The position numbers and the translations under genes are program-made. Source: Kofleriaceae bacterium (GTDB taxonomy: Bacteria > Myxococcota_A > Polyangia > Haliangiales > Haliangiaceae). From it: a DNA stretch of 64,000 bases. Below, in pieces: positions 38,960 through 48,437 of the stretch (positions are counted from its first letter, which is position 1; every line of letters begins with the position of its first letter). Under the pieces are notes generated by a model. The model had not been told where the DNA came from. It ran no database searches and saw only the letters and a program-made list of their open reading frames with translations. The stretch covers positions 128,001-192,000 of the forward strand of contig CBDCCZ010000014.1 of NCBI GenBank assembly GCA_965215005.1. Reading direction: 5' to 3'.

Positions 38960-39307
38960 GGCGGGATCCATCGCAGTAATAAATACCACCGGCACCGTCC
39001 ACCGCAGCTCGCGAACCGCGGACGCTAAGGCAAGACCGTCTTGGAGCGGCATGCGGACGTCGGAGATGATGACGTCCGGGCGCGGCGTGGAGCCGGGCTC
39101 CATGGCTACTTCGGTGGCGTAGCGAACGAACTCGCCGCCATCGGCCACCCCATCGACGACAAACCCGACGCGGCGCAGCGCGTTCGCGCACAGCACCCGG
39201 AACTCGTCGTCGTCATCCGCCAACAGCACCCGAATCGGTCGCTCGAGTTGTTCACCGCGATCCCAACTCGTGTCGCGCTCTGCTTCCATGGGGCGGGTTC
39301 CCAACAT
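38867..39307 (-). CDS. single-domain response regulator
   Basis: LLADDD, DVIISDVRMP, FITA, RKPF; AGGAGG RBS. Confidence 0.92.
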   Translation of the reverse strand: MLGTRPMEAERDTSWDRGEQLERPIRVLLADDDDEFRVLCANALRRVGFVVDGVADGGEFVRYATEVAMEPGSTPRPDVIISDVRMPLQDGLALASAVRELRWTVPVVFITAMDPACLPDDHGAAAVLRKPFSMRELEDIIRSLTS

Positions 39308-39329
39308 TCATCCTCCTGCTTGATTAGCG

Positions 39330-39345
39330 TGCACCCCGCGTGCCA
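39330..39345 (-). promoter_or_regulatory. sigma54 promoter
   Basis: Minus strand TGGCACGCGGGGTGCA just upstream of the RBS. Confidence 0.55.
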
Positions 39346-39553
39346 CCGAGCTTCCCCCGCCCCCGCCGGATGCCCCTCGTCGCGCCGCCGATGCCTGCCG
39401 CGATCACGACGAGCGCCGCCACGCTGTGACAATGCGCCTCGACGTCACGCGCGCAGCTCAGGCAGGTCGAGGCACGAGCCATGCACCGCACACCGCCATC
39501 GGCAACCTCTCGTTGCTGCTGGCAAGGACCCAGGTTCCTCCTCGAGGTTGCTC

Positions 39554-40447
39554 ATGACAACGCTCCCTTCTGAACAGACTCGCTCAACCAACGCGTGGCC
39601 CGGACGCGGCACCGACCGGGTTCGCACCGGGATCTTGCTCGATGCCGCCGGCGCCACCGACCGCGGGTGCGTACGCGAGCACAACGAAGACCAGTTTGCC
39701 ATCGTCGAGCTCACCCGCGGCGCTCACGTCCACGACAGCAGCCTACCGGCGGCGCACGAGCGTGAGTTGTCAGCCGGCGTTCTCTTCGCTGTCGCCGATG
39801 GTCTCGGTGGCCACGCGCGTGGCGATTTAGCGAGCGAAACCGCCGTGCGCACCGCGCTCGATGATCTCACCCGCACCCTTGCCTGCCGTGCCGACGACAC
39901 CACGATCCTCGACGGCATGGAGGCAGCGGTGCATCACGCCCATCGGGATATCACCGCGCTCGCGCAGCACGCGGACCCGGCCGTGGCCGACCGTCCGCCG
40001 GGGACCACTCTCACGATGGCCTTCATGGCGTGGCCCACGCTGTACATCGCGCACGTTGGCGATAGCCGCCTCTATGTGATCTCGAGCGGACGCTTGCAGC
40101 AAGTCACGCATGATCACACCGCCGCGCAAGCGCTGCTCGAGCGCAACCAAGCAACGGCCTCTGAGCTCGATGGGTCGCGACTTCATCATATGCTCGCCAA
40201 CGCGGTTGGCGGCGGCACCCAAGGTGCCCCGCGCTGCGAACGGCAGCAGTTGAAGCTGCGGTCGGGCGATGCACTCATTCTATGCAGCGATGGGCTGAGT
40301 GGGCACGTAGATGACGCTGCGATTCACCGCGTGGTCGCTTCCGCGGCCAGCTCGCGCGCAGCGTGCTCAGCGCTCATAGAAGCGGCCAAAGCCGGTGGCG
40401 GCAGCGACAACATCACCGTGGTGGTGGCGCGCGCGCTCCCCGCATGA
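39554..40447 (+). CDS. PP2C-family Ser/Thr protein phosphatase
   Basis: REHNED, VADGLGGH, HVGDSR, CSDGL, DNIT. Confidence 0.93.
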   Translation: MTTLPSEQTRSTNAWPGRGTDRVRTGILLDAAGATDRGCVREHNEDQFAIVELTRGAHVHDSSLPAAHERELSAGVLFAVADGLGGHARGDLASETAVRTALDDLTRTLACRADDTTILDGMEAAVHHAHRDITALAQHADPAVADRPPGTTLTMAFMAWPTLYIAHVGDSRLYVISSGRLQQVTHDHTAAQALLERNQATASELDGSRLHHMLANAVGGGTQGAPRCERQQLKLRSGDALILCSDGLSGHVDDAAIHRVVASAASSRAACSALIEAAKAGGGSDNITVVVARALPA

Positions 40448-40588
40448 CGGGCAATTGTCATGGCTCGTTTACCCTCGCTTACAAACGAAGACTCTGTTTT
40501 ACAAAAGAAGCGTGGTGCTGGAGGCGGAGCGGCTCTAGTCTGAGAGGGTATCGCGAAGAGTTCGCGAACGAGGTACGGAGGAATCCCC

Positions 40589-40909
40589 ATGAAACGCTTT
40601 GCTCTCACTCTCATGACCGTCGTTACGTTTGCCTTCGCGGGCGCTGGCTGCAAGAAGGACGAGGCCCCCGCCGACGAGGCGCCCGCCGCCACCAAGACCA
40701 CCGAGCTCGAGGCTCTCGAAGCTGACCAGGCTGCTCAAGAAGCTGCCCGCGCTGCTGAGCAGGCCGCCCAAGAGGCCGCTGCTGCTGCCGAAGCCGCTGA
40801 TATGGCCGGCGAAGGCGATGGCGTCGAGCAGGCCGCCGACGGTGCCGAGGAAGCCGCAGAAGGCGCCGAGGAGGCCGCGGAAGGCGCTCTCGAAGCTGCC
40901 GACGAATAA
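40589..40909 (+). CDS. Ala/Glu-rich lipoprotein
   Basis: GGAGG RBS, lipobox GAGC. Confidence 0.8.
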   Translation: MKRFALTLMTVVTFAFAGAGCKKDEAPADEAPAATKTTELEALEADQAAQEAARAAEQAAQEAAAAAEAADMAGEGDGVEQAADGAEEAAEGAEEAAEGALEAADE

Positions 40910-40937
40910 GTCGACGGTCCTTTAAAGCTAAAGACGG

Positions 40938-40965
40938 AAAGGGCTTCCAGCTGGGAGCCCTTTTT
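40938..40965 (+). terminator. rho-independent terminator (possibly bidirectional)
   Basis: AAAGGGCTTCCA...TGGGAGCCCTTTTT between convergent genes. Confidence 0.8.
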
Positions 40966-40975
40966 CGTTTGGGGT

Positions 40976-42049
40976 TCACGGCCGCAATGCCGCGAGCGCA
41001 CGCAAGAAGTTATCGCCAAGGATTTTCTCGATGCGGGTCGTGCTCCAGCGGCGGTCGAGCATGACTTGCACCAGGCGCGCATAGCTATCGCCCGACCGCA
41101 GATCGCGCGGCGGAAGGATGGCGCCATCGTAGTCACTGCCGATGCTCACGAAGTCCTCGCCGACCACCTCGATGATGTGCTGCATGTGGTCGACGATCAT
41201 CGACGCGTCACGCGGGCCGCGGCGGCGCAGAAATGGCGCGTGAAACATCACGCCAATGACGCCGCCGCGCTCCGCGATGGCGCGGATTTGCTCGTCGTCG
41301 AGATTGCGCCAATGCGGCGTTACGCCTTCGACGCCGGTGTGTGTTACCAGCGCCGGCTGCGTCTTATCGTGCACCGCCAACGCCTGCCAGAAGCCTTGTT
41401 TCGAAATATGTGCCAAATCAACGAACACGCGGTGGCGATTGAGCCGCGCAATCAGCTCTGCACCATGGGCGCTGAGCCCGCGCTGACGGCTAGCTTGCCA
41501 CGGCTGCGACGACTGCCCGACCAGCGAATTGGTCAAGTGCACCAACGTCACCCGGAGGAGTGCAGGGTCGGGTAAAAACGCTCCTTCCGTGGCGGCATCT
41601 AGCGCATTGCCACCCTGAATCGCCAACATCACGGCGTGGGCACCGCGGGCACGGGCGGCGCGATACTCGCCAAGAGAGCCCACGACCGAGGTCTTCTCAC
41701 CGGCCGCCGCCAGCGCTACGCGCAGACGCCCGAAGTTTTTGCGCACCGCTCGCCAGCGTCCCCGCCGCGATCGCGCCGGATTGGTCGTTACCGACCACAT
41801 CGCTCCACCAAGCCCCGCCGCCTCGATACGCGGCAGGTCCAGATGCCCCGCCAGGCGGCCACGCAGCAGCCCCGGTCCGTGCGCGCGATGGATGTCGTAT
41901 CCCCAAAGCCGCATCGGAATGAACGTGTCGATGTGCAGATCGAGCGAGTTGCACTGCCGCACCGCCGCCGCCGCCTCGCGCGACACCCCGAGGCGCTGCG
42001 CCAGCGCATCGTCGACGGGCGTTTCGCAGTGGTTCTCTGCCATTGGCAC
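40976..42049 (-). CDS. membrane dipeptidase (peptidase M19)
   Basis: DLHID, VDLAH, THT, RNLDD, GSDYDG, ILGDNFLR. Confidence 0.88.
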   Translation of the reverse strand: MPMAENHCETPVDDALAQRLGVSREAAAAVRQCNSLDLHIDTFIPMRLWGYDIHRAHGPGLLRGRLAGHLDLPRIEAAGLGGAMWSVTTNPARSRRGRWRAVRKNFGRLRVALAAAGEKTSVVGSLGEYRAARARGAHAVMLAIQGGNALDAATEGAFLPDPALLRVTLVHLTNSLVGQSSQPWQASRQRGLSAHGAELIARLNRHRVFVDLAHISKQGFWQALAVHDKTQPALVTHTGVEGVTPHWRNLDDEQIRAIAERGGVIGVMFHAPFLRRRGPRDASMIVDHMQHIIEVVGEDFVSIGSDYDGAILPPRDLRSGDSYARLVQVMLDRRWSTTRIEKILGDNFLRALAALRP

Positions 42050-42168
42050 GCCACCATAGCACTCCCCACAGACCCTGCCGAGACGCTTCCCTGCGCAGTC
42101 AGGCCAAGAAACTGACCTCGGTTACCGCGGCGCCGCGATGCCTCGCGGGTATCATCCCGATCGTGTCG

Positions 42169-44064
42169 ATGCCGGCTGAGAAGCTCTCTGGTTTGCGCGC
42201 TACGTGGGAGGAGCTCAATCGTCACGCGGTCGAATTGCCGAGCAGCGCCGCACTGTGGCAACAGCTCATCGACCAGCACCACGTGGCTACCGCGCGCGCC
42301 GTGGTTCACTTCTTGGAAGCGACCCACGCGTGCGTGCCTTGGGCAGACACCGGCTGGCATCCGTTCTTCGACCCACTGCTCGCCCGTAGCGACCTTCTGG
42401 CTCATCTCGGCGAGGCCGACGAGCCGGTGCGCTCAGCTCTCGCCCACGGGTTGACGCTCGTCGGCAAGCTCGCCGCCGCCGCGCTGCCCGAGACGCTACT
42501 CGAGCGCGTGGTCGAGGGCTTCGTCGCTAGCGGCGGCTTCGATCGCCGCGAGTTCGCACGGCAGCGCGAGCTGTGGCCGAGTGGGCAGTGGGAACACGCC
42601 CTCGCCGCGCAGCTCGTCGAGCTTGGCCCGATCCACGACGAGCTCGCCGCGGCTCTCGCCCCGCACGCGACTCCGCGACAGCGCGTGCGCATCGCTTTGA
42701 TGAGTGACGACAGCGCGTTGCCGCAGCTGATCGCACTGGCCCGGCAGGCAGCGGCTCCACTGCTGGCCGTAGCCGACGATCTGTTGACTGCGAGCAACCC
42801 GCCGATGCGCCCGTGTCTGCTGCTATGGCTGGCGCTATGTCGCACCGCGCGCCATGCAGAGCGCTACGACGGCTATGACCGGCTGCTGTTGCCAGCGCTC
42901 GCCGCCGCGGGAGCCGAGGAGCCGCCGCTCTTGCGCGAGGCGCTCGGCCACCTCTCTGCCGCGCGTCGCGAGGTCTTACTATTGACCACGCCCCTGCCGT
43001 GGACGGTGCTGGATGCCTGCGCAACTGCCGCCGTGATCAGCCGCGCCGTAGATGTCGCGCTCGAGACACGAGCGCGCAGCGAAGGCACGACCGTGGCCAT
43101 GCGCCGTGCACTGTGCCGACTCGGAGCACCGGCGCTCGCACAGCTGGAAGTGCGCGCCGAGCAAGCGGCGCCAACGGGCGCGCCAGCCTTGGCCGCCGTG
43201 GTCGCGGCGCGTCTGCGCCGACCGCCGCCATCGCAGACAGTGGGGGATGCTTGGAGCCCGTTGCCGGTGACGCTGCGACGCCCCCTCCTCGAGGCCTGGG
43301 AGCAGGTCGAAGAGGATCCGGATGCTGTGCTGCCGCGCGCCGCCGTCGGCGCGGTGCTCGAGGCCCTCGGGCCGCTGCCACGCCTTCTCGACCCTCTCGA
43401 AATCGACGCGGTGGCGGTTCACCGGCCCGAGCTCGCCGCGCTCCTGGCGCAACGCGGCGGCAATCTGGTTGCACCGGCACGCACTCAGCTGGTCGCGCCG
43501 CACGAGCGCGCCGCAGACCGACTCCAGCGTCTCCTGGAGCTCGATGCGCCGCCTATGGTGTGCCTGCGGCAATCGCGGCTCGTGAGCCAGCTGCGCGAGC
43601 AACCGTTTACGCCCGAGGTGGAGGCGGTTGCGCATCTGCCGTCTGCCGCCGCGCAGTGGCCGGGGCTAACGAGACGCGTCGCACTTGCAACCAGCGTCGT
43701 ACGCCGCGCGCTGCCCCTGTGGCAGGCGCGTCTTCCCAGGGACGAACGCTGCGCTGCCGTTCTACAAGAGCTGGCGCATGGCAGCGGAACCTCCGCGGCA
43801 GCGGCGTTAGACTCGCTTCGCGCCGACCTTGCCAGCGACGCTCTCGATGACAGCCGCACCGACCTCGCGCGCGCCGTACTCGCTCTCTGGCAGCTGGCCA
43901 CCCACGGATCCGTCGCCACCGACGAGCCCGTAGAGCTGCTCATCGCGAGCGTTTGGCAACGCGAGGCGAGTTGGGCGGGCAATGAGCCAACAGCGCGAGC
44001 ACGTGAGTTTTGGCAATGGTGGCTTTTAGAAGCGGTGCCGGCGGCGTGGCGCTGCGTGGTCTGA
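42169..44064 (+). CDS. hypothetical helical protein
   Basis: Long Ala/Leu-rich ORF, no recognised motif. Confidence 0.6.
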   Translation: MPAEKLSGLRATWEELNRHAVELPSSAALWQQLIDQHHVATARAVVHFLEATHACVPWADTGWHPFFDPLLARSDLLAHLGEADEPVRSALAHGLTLVGKLAAAALPETLLERVVEGFVASGGFDRREFARQRELWPSGQWEHALAAQLVELGPIHDELAAALAPHATPRQRVRIALMSDDSALPQLIALARQAAAPLLAVADDLLTASNPPMRPCLLLWLALCRTARHAERYDGYDRLLLPALAAAGAEEPPLLREALGHLSAARREVLLLTTPLPWTVLDACATAAVISRAVDVALETRARSEGTTVAMRRALCRLGAPALAQLEVRAEQAAPTGAPALAAVVAARLRRPPPSQTVGDAWSPLPVTLRRPLLEAWEQVEEDPDAVLPRAAVGAVLEALGPLPRLLDPLEIDAVAVHRPELAALLAQRGGNLVAPARTQLVAPHERAADRLQRLLELDAPPMVCLRQSRLVSQLREQPFTPEVEAVAHLPSAAAQWPGLTRRVALATSVVRRALPLWQARLPRDERCAAVLQELAHGSGTSAAAALDSLRADLASDALDDSRTDLARAVLALWQLATHGSVATDEPVELLIASVWQREASWAGNEPTARAREFWQWWLLEAVPAAWRCVV

Positions 44065-44296
44065 GCTGCTCAGCAAGCGGTTCAAATGCCGCCAAAGAGG
44101 ACGTAGAAGAGCAGCACGGCGGCAAGTGCGAGCACGGCGGTAGGAACGCCCGCGGCATCGCTAGACGGCGGCTGATGCCGCGCATGCAGGACTTTCCAGC
44201 TAAACGTAGCGGCCGCGTAGGACTGTGAGTGCCTCATGTCTCGTACCAACGCGTGCCGCAGCGCCGCGATCTATCGCGGCCGCGACGGCTCCGCCT

Positions 44297-44710
44297 TCAC
44301 CGAGCGCCCGAGGTGAGGCGTTCGCTGTTGCTACTGCGCGCGCGCAGCACCTCCGTGAGCCAGCGACCGTAGCGCTCGCGGGTGGGGCTCGGCGCGCGGT
44401 CGAGTAGCAACTGCACACCGACGTCTAGCTTGTCACCGGCGCCGGGGCGATACCACGCGATGCGGCCAGGCAGCTCAAACTGCCCCGCATCGACCTCCAG
44501 ACGCAACACCACCTCGGCGCCGGCGGTGAGCATCAACCCCTCGCCACCGACGATTCCCATCCCGGCACCGTCTCGCGATAGCGAGCACAGGTTGACCGGC
44601 AAGGTGACGTTCTTCGCCGGCACCTCGATGTCGGCGCTGGCGATGCGCACGTCCATCTCGGCGGGGCGTTCGTACGGAATACGTGGCGATTCTCGGTCCT
44701 CTTGATCCAT
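44297..44710 (-). CDS. PilZ domain protein
   Basis: RESPR and SLSRDGA motifs, GRIAW. Confidence 0.75.
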   Translation of the reverse strand: MDQEDRESPRIPYERPAEMDVRIASADIEVPAKNVTLPVNLCSLSRDGAGMGIVGGEGLMLTAGAEVVLRLEVDAGQFELPGRIAWYRPGAGDKLDVGVQLLLDRAPSPTRERYGRWLTEVLRARSSNSERLTSGAR

Positions 44711-44845
44711 TCGTCCTCAATCAACAGCGCACCTGCGCCAAGCCCCATGGTAGTACGCCCAGCCGGCGGTACCACGCGCTTGTAACACGTGGCATAGCTC
44801 ACAAATCCGCTGCGAGCGAACCCGGTGCGCGCCCCGCACCCATGT

Positions 44846-45517
44846 ATGCTCCTGCCCGTGGCCCTCTACGTCGCAATCTTGTCGCTGCTACTCCTCGCGG
44901 TCGGCCCGCTGGTCGCGTTTCTCGAGCTCGTGCCCCCGGTCATTGGTCTGGCGCTCTTTGCCGCGGGCTCGCTGGCGGGGCTGGTCGCGCTCGTCGCCGG
45001 GCTCGTGGCAGTGGTCCGCGGGCGCCGCCGCTACGGGCTCGTCGCTGCCGCCGTGGGAGCACCGGCGCTACTCATCGGGGTGGCGTTTGTCGCCAGCGGC
45101 GCGCGCCATCCGCGCCTCAACGACGTCACCAGCGACGTGAGTGATCCCCCTGAGCTTGCCACCCAGGAGCCATATCCCAGCGATTTTGCGCCCGTCGCCA
45201 GCGCCGCGTACGGCGACGTGCAGACCCTTACGCTAGCGATGCCGGCGGAGACGGCGTTCGCGCGAGCGGTCTCGGTGGCCCGCAAGCAGCCCGGCTGGAC
45301 CGTGGAGCGTGTCGACGACGATGCGCATCGGCTGTGGGGCGTGGCGGTGAGCCCGCTGTTCAAGTTTCGCGATGATTTCGTGATTCGCGTGCGAGCCGCC
45401 GCAGACGGCACCGCGCTCGTCGATATGCGCTCGCGCTCGCGCGCCGGCAAGAGCGACTTTGGCGCCAACGCAGCGCGCATTCGGCAGTTCTTTGCCGCGC
45501 TCGCCAGCGGGACCTGA
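44846..45517 (+). CDS. DUF1499 domain membrane protein
   Basis: NDVTSD, FRDDFVIR, DMRSRSRAGKSDFGANAARI. Confidence 0.85.
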   Translation: MLLPVALYVAILSLLLLAVGPLVAFLELVPPVIGLALFAAGSLAGLVALVAGLVAVVRGRRRYGLVAAAVGAPALLIGVAFVASGARHPRLNDVTSDVSDPPELATQEPYPSDFAPVASAAYGDVQTLTLAMPAETAFARAVSVARKQPGWTVERVDDDAHRLWGVAVSPLFKFRDDFVIRVRAAADGTALVDMRSRSRAGKSDFGANAARIRQFFAALASGT

Positions 45518-45525
45518 AAGCGCAG

Positions 45526-46113
45526 CTACCGCGGGTTCTTGGAGAAGTGATGATAGTCGCGGGTGTCGAGCCAGTCGCCGCCCCACGACCAGCCGATCGC
45601 GTCAAAGGCGTTGGTCACCGGTCCGGGACGAACGATCATGCCCGGGCGGCCGTGGGTGCGATCGAGATACGCTCGTCCGGCTGCGGGCTCGACGCGGTGC
45701 TCACGGACCCACGGGTTCTGCACTGGGTTGAGATCCACCGCCAAACCGCCGGCATGTTGCGACAGCCGCCGAGTGCCTGCGATGAGCCGAAAGTTGAACG
45801 CCGAGCTGTTGTTGGCCGCCATCGACAGCTCGTCATCGCCGCCAAACGCATCGATGGGCTGCACCGACTCGAGCGGAAAGCCGGCGACGTGGAGCCGGTC
45901 AAACACCCACGCTAGCTCGTCTGCGACCGAAGCGTGCACGATGAGACAGCCGCGACGCGCGCGCCCGGCAAAGTCCCAGTGCGTGACATGCAGGACTCGC
46001 AGCTCGGCAAACGCGGGGCACTGCGGGTGCTCGTGCCACGACCGCGAGCGCATGGCCGCTGCCCGTGCCGCGTCGAGATGCTCGATCGAAGCGGGAGCCG
46101 CCGCGACGCTCAC
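45526..46113 (-). CDS. M15 family peptidoglycan metallopeptidase
   Basis: [28 protein letters not shown]. Confidence 0.88.
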   Translation of the reverse strand: MSVAAAPASIEHLDAARAAAMRSRSWHEHPQCPAFAELRVLHVTHWDFAGRARRGCLIVHASVADELAWVFDRLHVAGFPLESVQPIDAFGGDDELSMAANNSSAFNFRLIAGTRRLSQHAGGLAVDLNPVQNPWVREHRVEPAAGRAYLDRTHGRPGMIVRPGPVTNAFDAIGWSWGGDWLDTRDYHHFSKNPR

Positions 46114-46772
46114 ACGAGCATTCCCTGACCCATCTTCTTGATGCGCTCGACGTCATCGGTATCGCGAAGCGGCACCGCGCGCCCACGCTGCACCGCCGGG
46201 CGCGCCGCTACCTCGGCAAGCCAGCGCTGCAGGTGTTGCAGACCCTCGATCGACACGCCCGACCACGCATGCGTGTGCACCCAAGACCACGTGGCGATGT
46301 CGGCGATCGAGTAATCACCCGCCAAGAACGCCGCCGTTGCCAGCTGGCCATCGAGCACCTCGAACAGGCGCCGCGATTCGCGCTGATACCGATCGATGGC
46401 GTAGGGGATCTGCTCGGGCGCGTACCGATAGAAGATGTTGGCCTGGCCCATCATCGGGCCGATGCCGCTCATTTGAAACATGAGCCACTGGACCACCCGC
46501 GAGCGCTCCTTGCGCGCCGTCGGCAGCAGGCGCCCAGCCTTCTCCGCCAGGTACATGAGAATCGCGCCGGATTCGAAGACCGCGAAGTCGTCTTCGTCGC
46601 GGTCTACGATCGCCGGAATGCGGCCGTTGGGATTGATGAGCAAAAATGCCGGCTGCTTTTGCTCCTGTTCGCCAAGACTGAGCGCGTGGAGCTGATAGGG
46701 CAGCCCCAGCTCTTCCAGAGCAATCGAAACCTTCCAGCCGTTGGGAGTGGGTGCCGTGTAGAGCTCGATCAA
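46110..46772 (-). CDS. glutathione S-transferase (YfcG-like)
   Basis: [28 protein letters not shown]. Confidence 0.93.
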   Translation of the reverse strand: MIELYTAPTPNGWKVSIALEELGLPYQLHALSLGEQEQKQPAFLLINPNGRIPAIVDRDEDDFAVFESGAILMYLAEKAGRLLPTARKERSRVVQWLMFQMSGIGPMMGQANIFYRYAPEQIPYAIDRYQRESRRLFEVLDGQLATAAFLAGDYSIADIATWSWVHTHAWSGVSIEGLQHLQRWLAEVAARPAVQRGRAVPLRDTDDVERIKKMGQGMLV

Positions 46773-46873
46773 GGGTTCCTTTCGCGGTCACACCACCGCT
46801 GGCGCCTGAGTGCTTTACGAACGCTACTCGGCGACCGCGTTCAGAGCCGCCGTTGAGCGCGCAATTGGGAAGG

Positions 46874-47890
46874 TTATGGCGTGGCGGACTCGTCCTCAAG
46901 GCGGGTCGAAAGCCACGCGTGCACGCGCGGCGCGGTCTGCTCGAGATAATCACCGCCAAGCCGCGGCGGCACCTCAGAAAGCACGTGTGCCGCCATTTCC
47001 ACATCGCCCTGGCGCTCGAACACCCACGCTAGCAGGGCCAAGGTGAGGCCAAACCGGTTGGTGCGCAGCGCCGCCTTGGACCACTCGTAGAGCTCTTCGA
47101 TCATCGGCAGGCGCTCGGTGGAGTCCGAATAGAACGCGATGAGCAAGTCGGTGAGGATGCGTTCCATGAAGAAGTAATCTCCCGAGGGCGCCTCATCCAG
47201 GCGCGGGCGAGCCGCCAGCGTTTCCTCGAGTTGCCCCATCACCGCCCACAGCTGAGCGCGGTCGAACGCGCAGATCCAGTACATGCCTTCGCGTTCGAAG
47301 TGTTTGCTCGTCTCCTGCGCGGCAATCGCGCGAGCGTAGCGCTCTTGCGCCGCTTCGAAGCGCCCGTCTTGCCAGAGCAGCTTGCCCATCAAGTAGTCGA
47401 TGGTGGGCTGGTAATGCGCCGGTGGTCGCTTGCTCTCGAGCGCCTCGACCACCGCCCGCGCCTCATCGCGACGACCCGCCGAGGCCAGCGCCAAGGCACG
47501 CTTGATGGTCGGCCCGAAGCGGGCCTGCCAAGCGGTCGCACCGGTGAAGCCCAGCGCTGCCACCACGCCCACCGCCACCGAGCTCACGATCATTCCCGCG
47601 GCGGCGCCACCTAAGACGCCCATTCCGACGACGCTCCCCCAGCTCTTGAGCGTCGCCCAGCGCTGCGCCTTCGGCCCCAGCACCTCACCGCGACTCGACA
47701 ACATCATGACCTCGCCAGCTCGCATGTCCTCGAGCGAGGCGGCGAGCTTCCAGCGCGGTGCATCCGCGGGCATCAGCGCGGACTGTGGAACCTTGGAGTG
47801 AGGCAACGGTCGATCTTCCGTGGTATCGCGGGGCGCACGAGCCAATCCCCCAGCTCGGCGCAGACCATCATCGCCACGCTTGGCCTCCAA
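46874..47890 (-). CDS. membrane protein with TPR-like repeats
   Basis: Two TM segments followed by helical repeats; start uncertain. Confidence 0.6.
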   Translation of the reverse strand: MEAKRGDDGLRRAGGLARAPRDTTEDRPLPHSKVPQSALMPADAPRWKLAASLEDMRAGEVMMLSSRGEVLGPKAQRWATLKSWGSVVGMGVLGGAAAGMIVSSVAVGVVAALGFTGATAWQARFGPTIKRALALASAGRRDEARAVVEALESKRPPAHYQPTIDYLMGKLLWQDGRFEAAQERYARAIAAQETSKHFEREGMYWICAFDRAQLWAVMGQLEETLAARPRLDEAPSGDYFFMERILTDLLIAFYSDSTERLPMIEELYEWSKAALRTNRFGLTLALLAWVFERQGDVEMAAHVLSEVPPRLGGDYLEQTAPRVHAWLSTRLEDESATP

Positions 47891-47966
47891 TGGAGCACCT
47901 GGCGGCTAACCAGCGCTAACTCCATGCGAGCGCGCTCGCTAGCACGAGACCTTTCTCGCGTCGCGG

Positions 47967-48380
47967 CTACATCCATCGGCGATGATCCGCGAGCGTGCAG
48001 CGATCTTGGATCACCTCGATTCCCGCCTCGGTGAGTGCCGCCGCGACCGCCTCATGGCGGATGCCGAGCTGCAGCCACACCACTTTCGGCAGCGGGTCCA
48101 TGGCGAGAAGCTCCTCCAGATGCGAGGGCAGAGCGGATGCCGCGCGAAACACATCGACCATGTCGACCGGCTCGTCGAGCTCGGTGAGCGAAGCCCGCAC
48201 CGGCTGCCCCCATAGCTCGTTGCCGACGAGCGTGGGGTTGACCGGCAGCACCCGATAGCCTTGCTCGTGCAAGTACGCCGGCACGTAACACGCCGGCCGC
48301 TGCGGATCGGAATGCGCACCGAGCACGGCGATGACCTTGCTGGAGCCGAGGATGCGGACGATGTCGCTGCGCTCTGACAT
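47967..48380 (-). CDS. CoA-binding protein (YccU-like)
   Basis: IAVLGA, PVNP, DMVDVFR, VWLQLG, DRC. Confidence 0.9.
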   Translation of the reverse strand: MSERSDIVRILGSSKVIAVLGAHSDPQRPACYVPAYLHEQGYRVLPVNPTLVGNELWGQPVRASLTELDEPVDMVDVFRAASALPSHLEELLAMDPLPKVVWLQLGIRHEAVAAALTEAGIEVIQDRCTLADHRRWM

Positions 48381-48437
48381 CCCGGCAATGTAGCGCGCTC
48401 AAGCCGCTGCTGCCGTCTCCTCGTGTAAGCTGCCGCG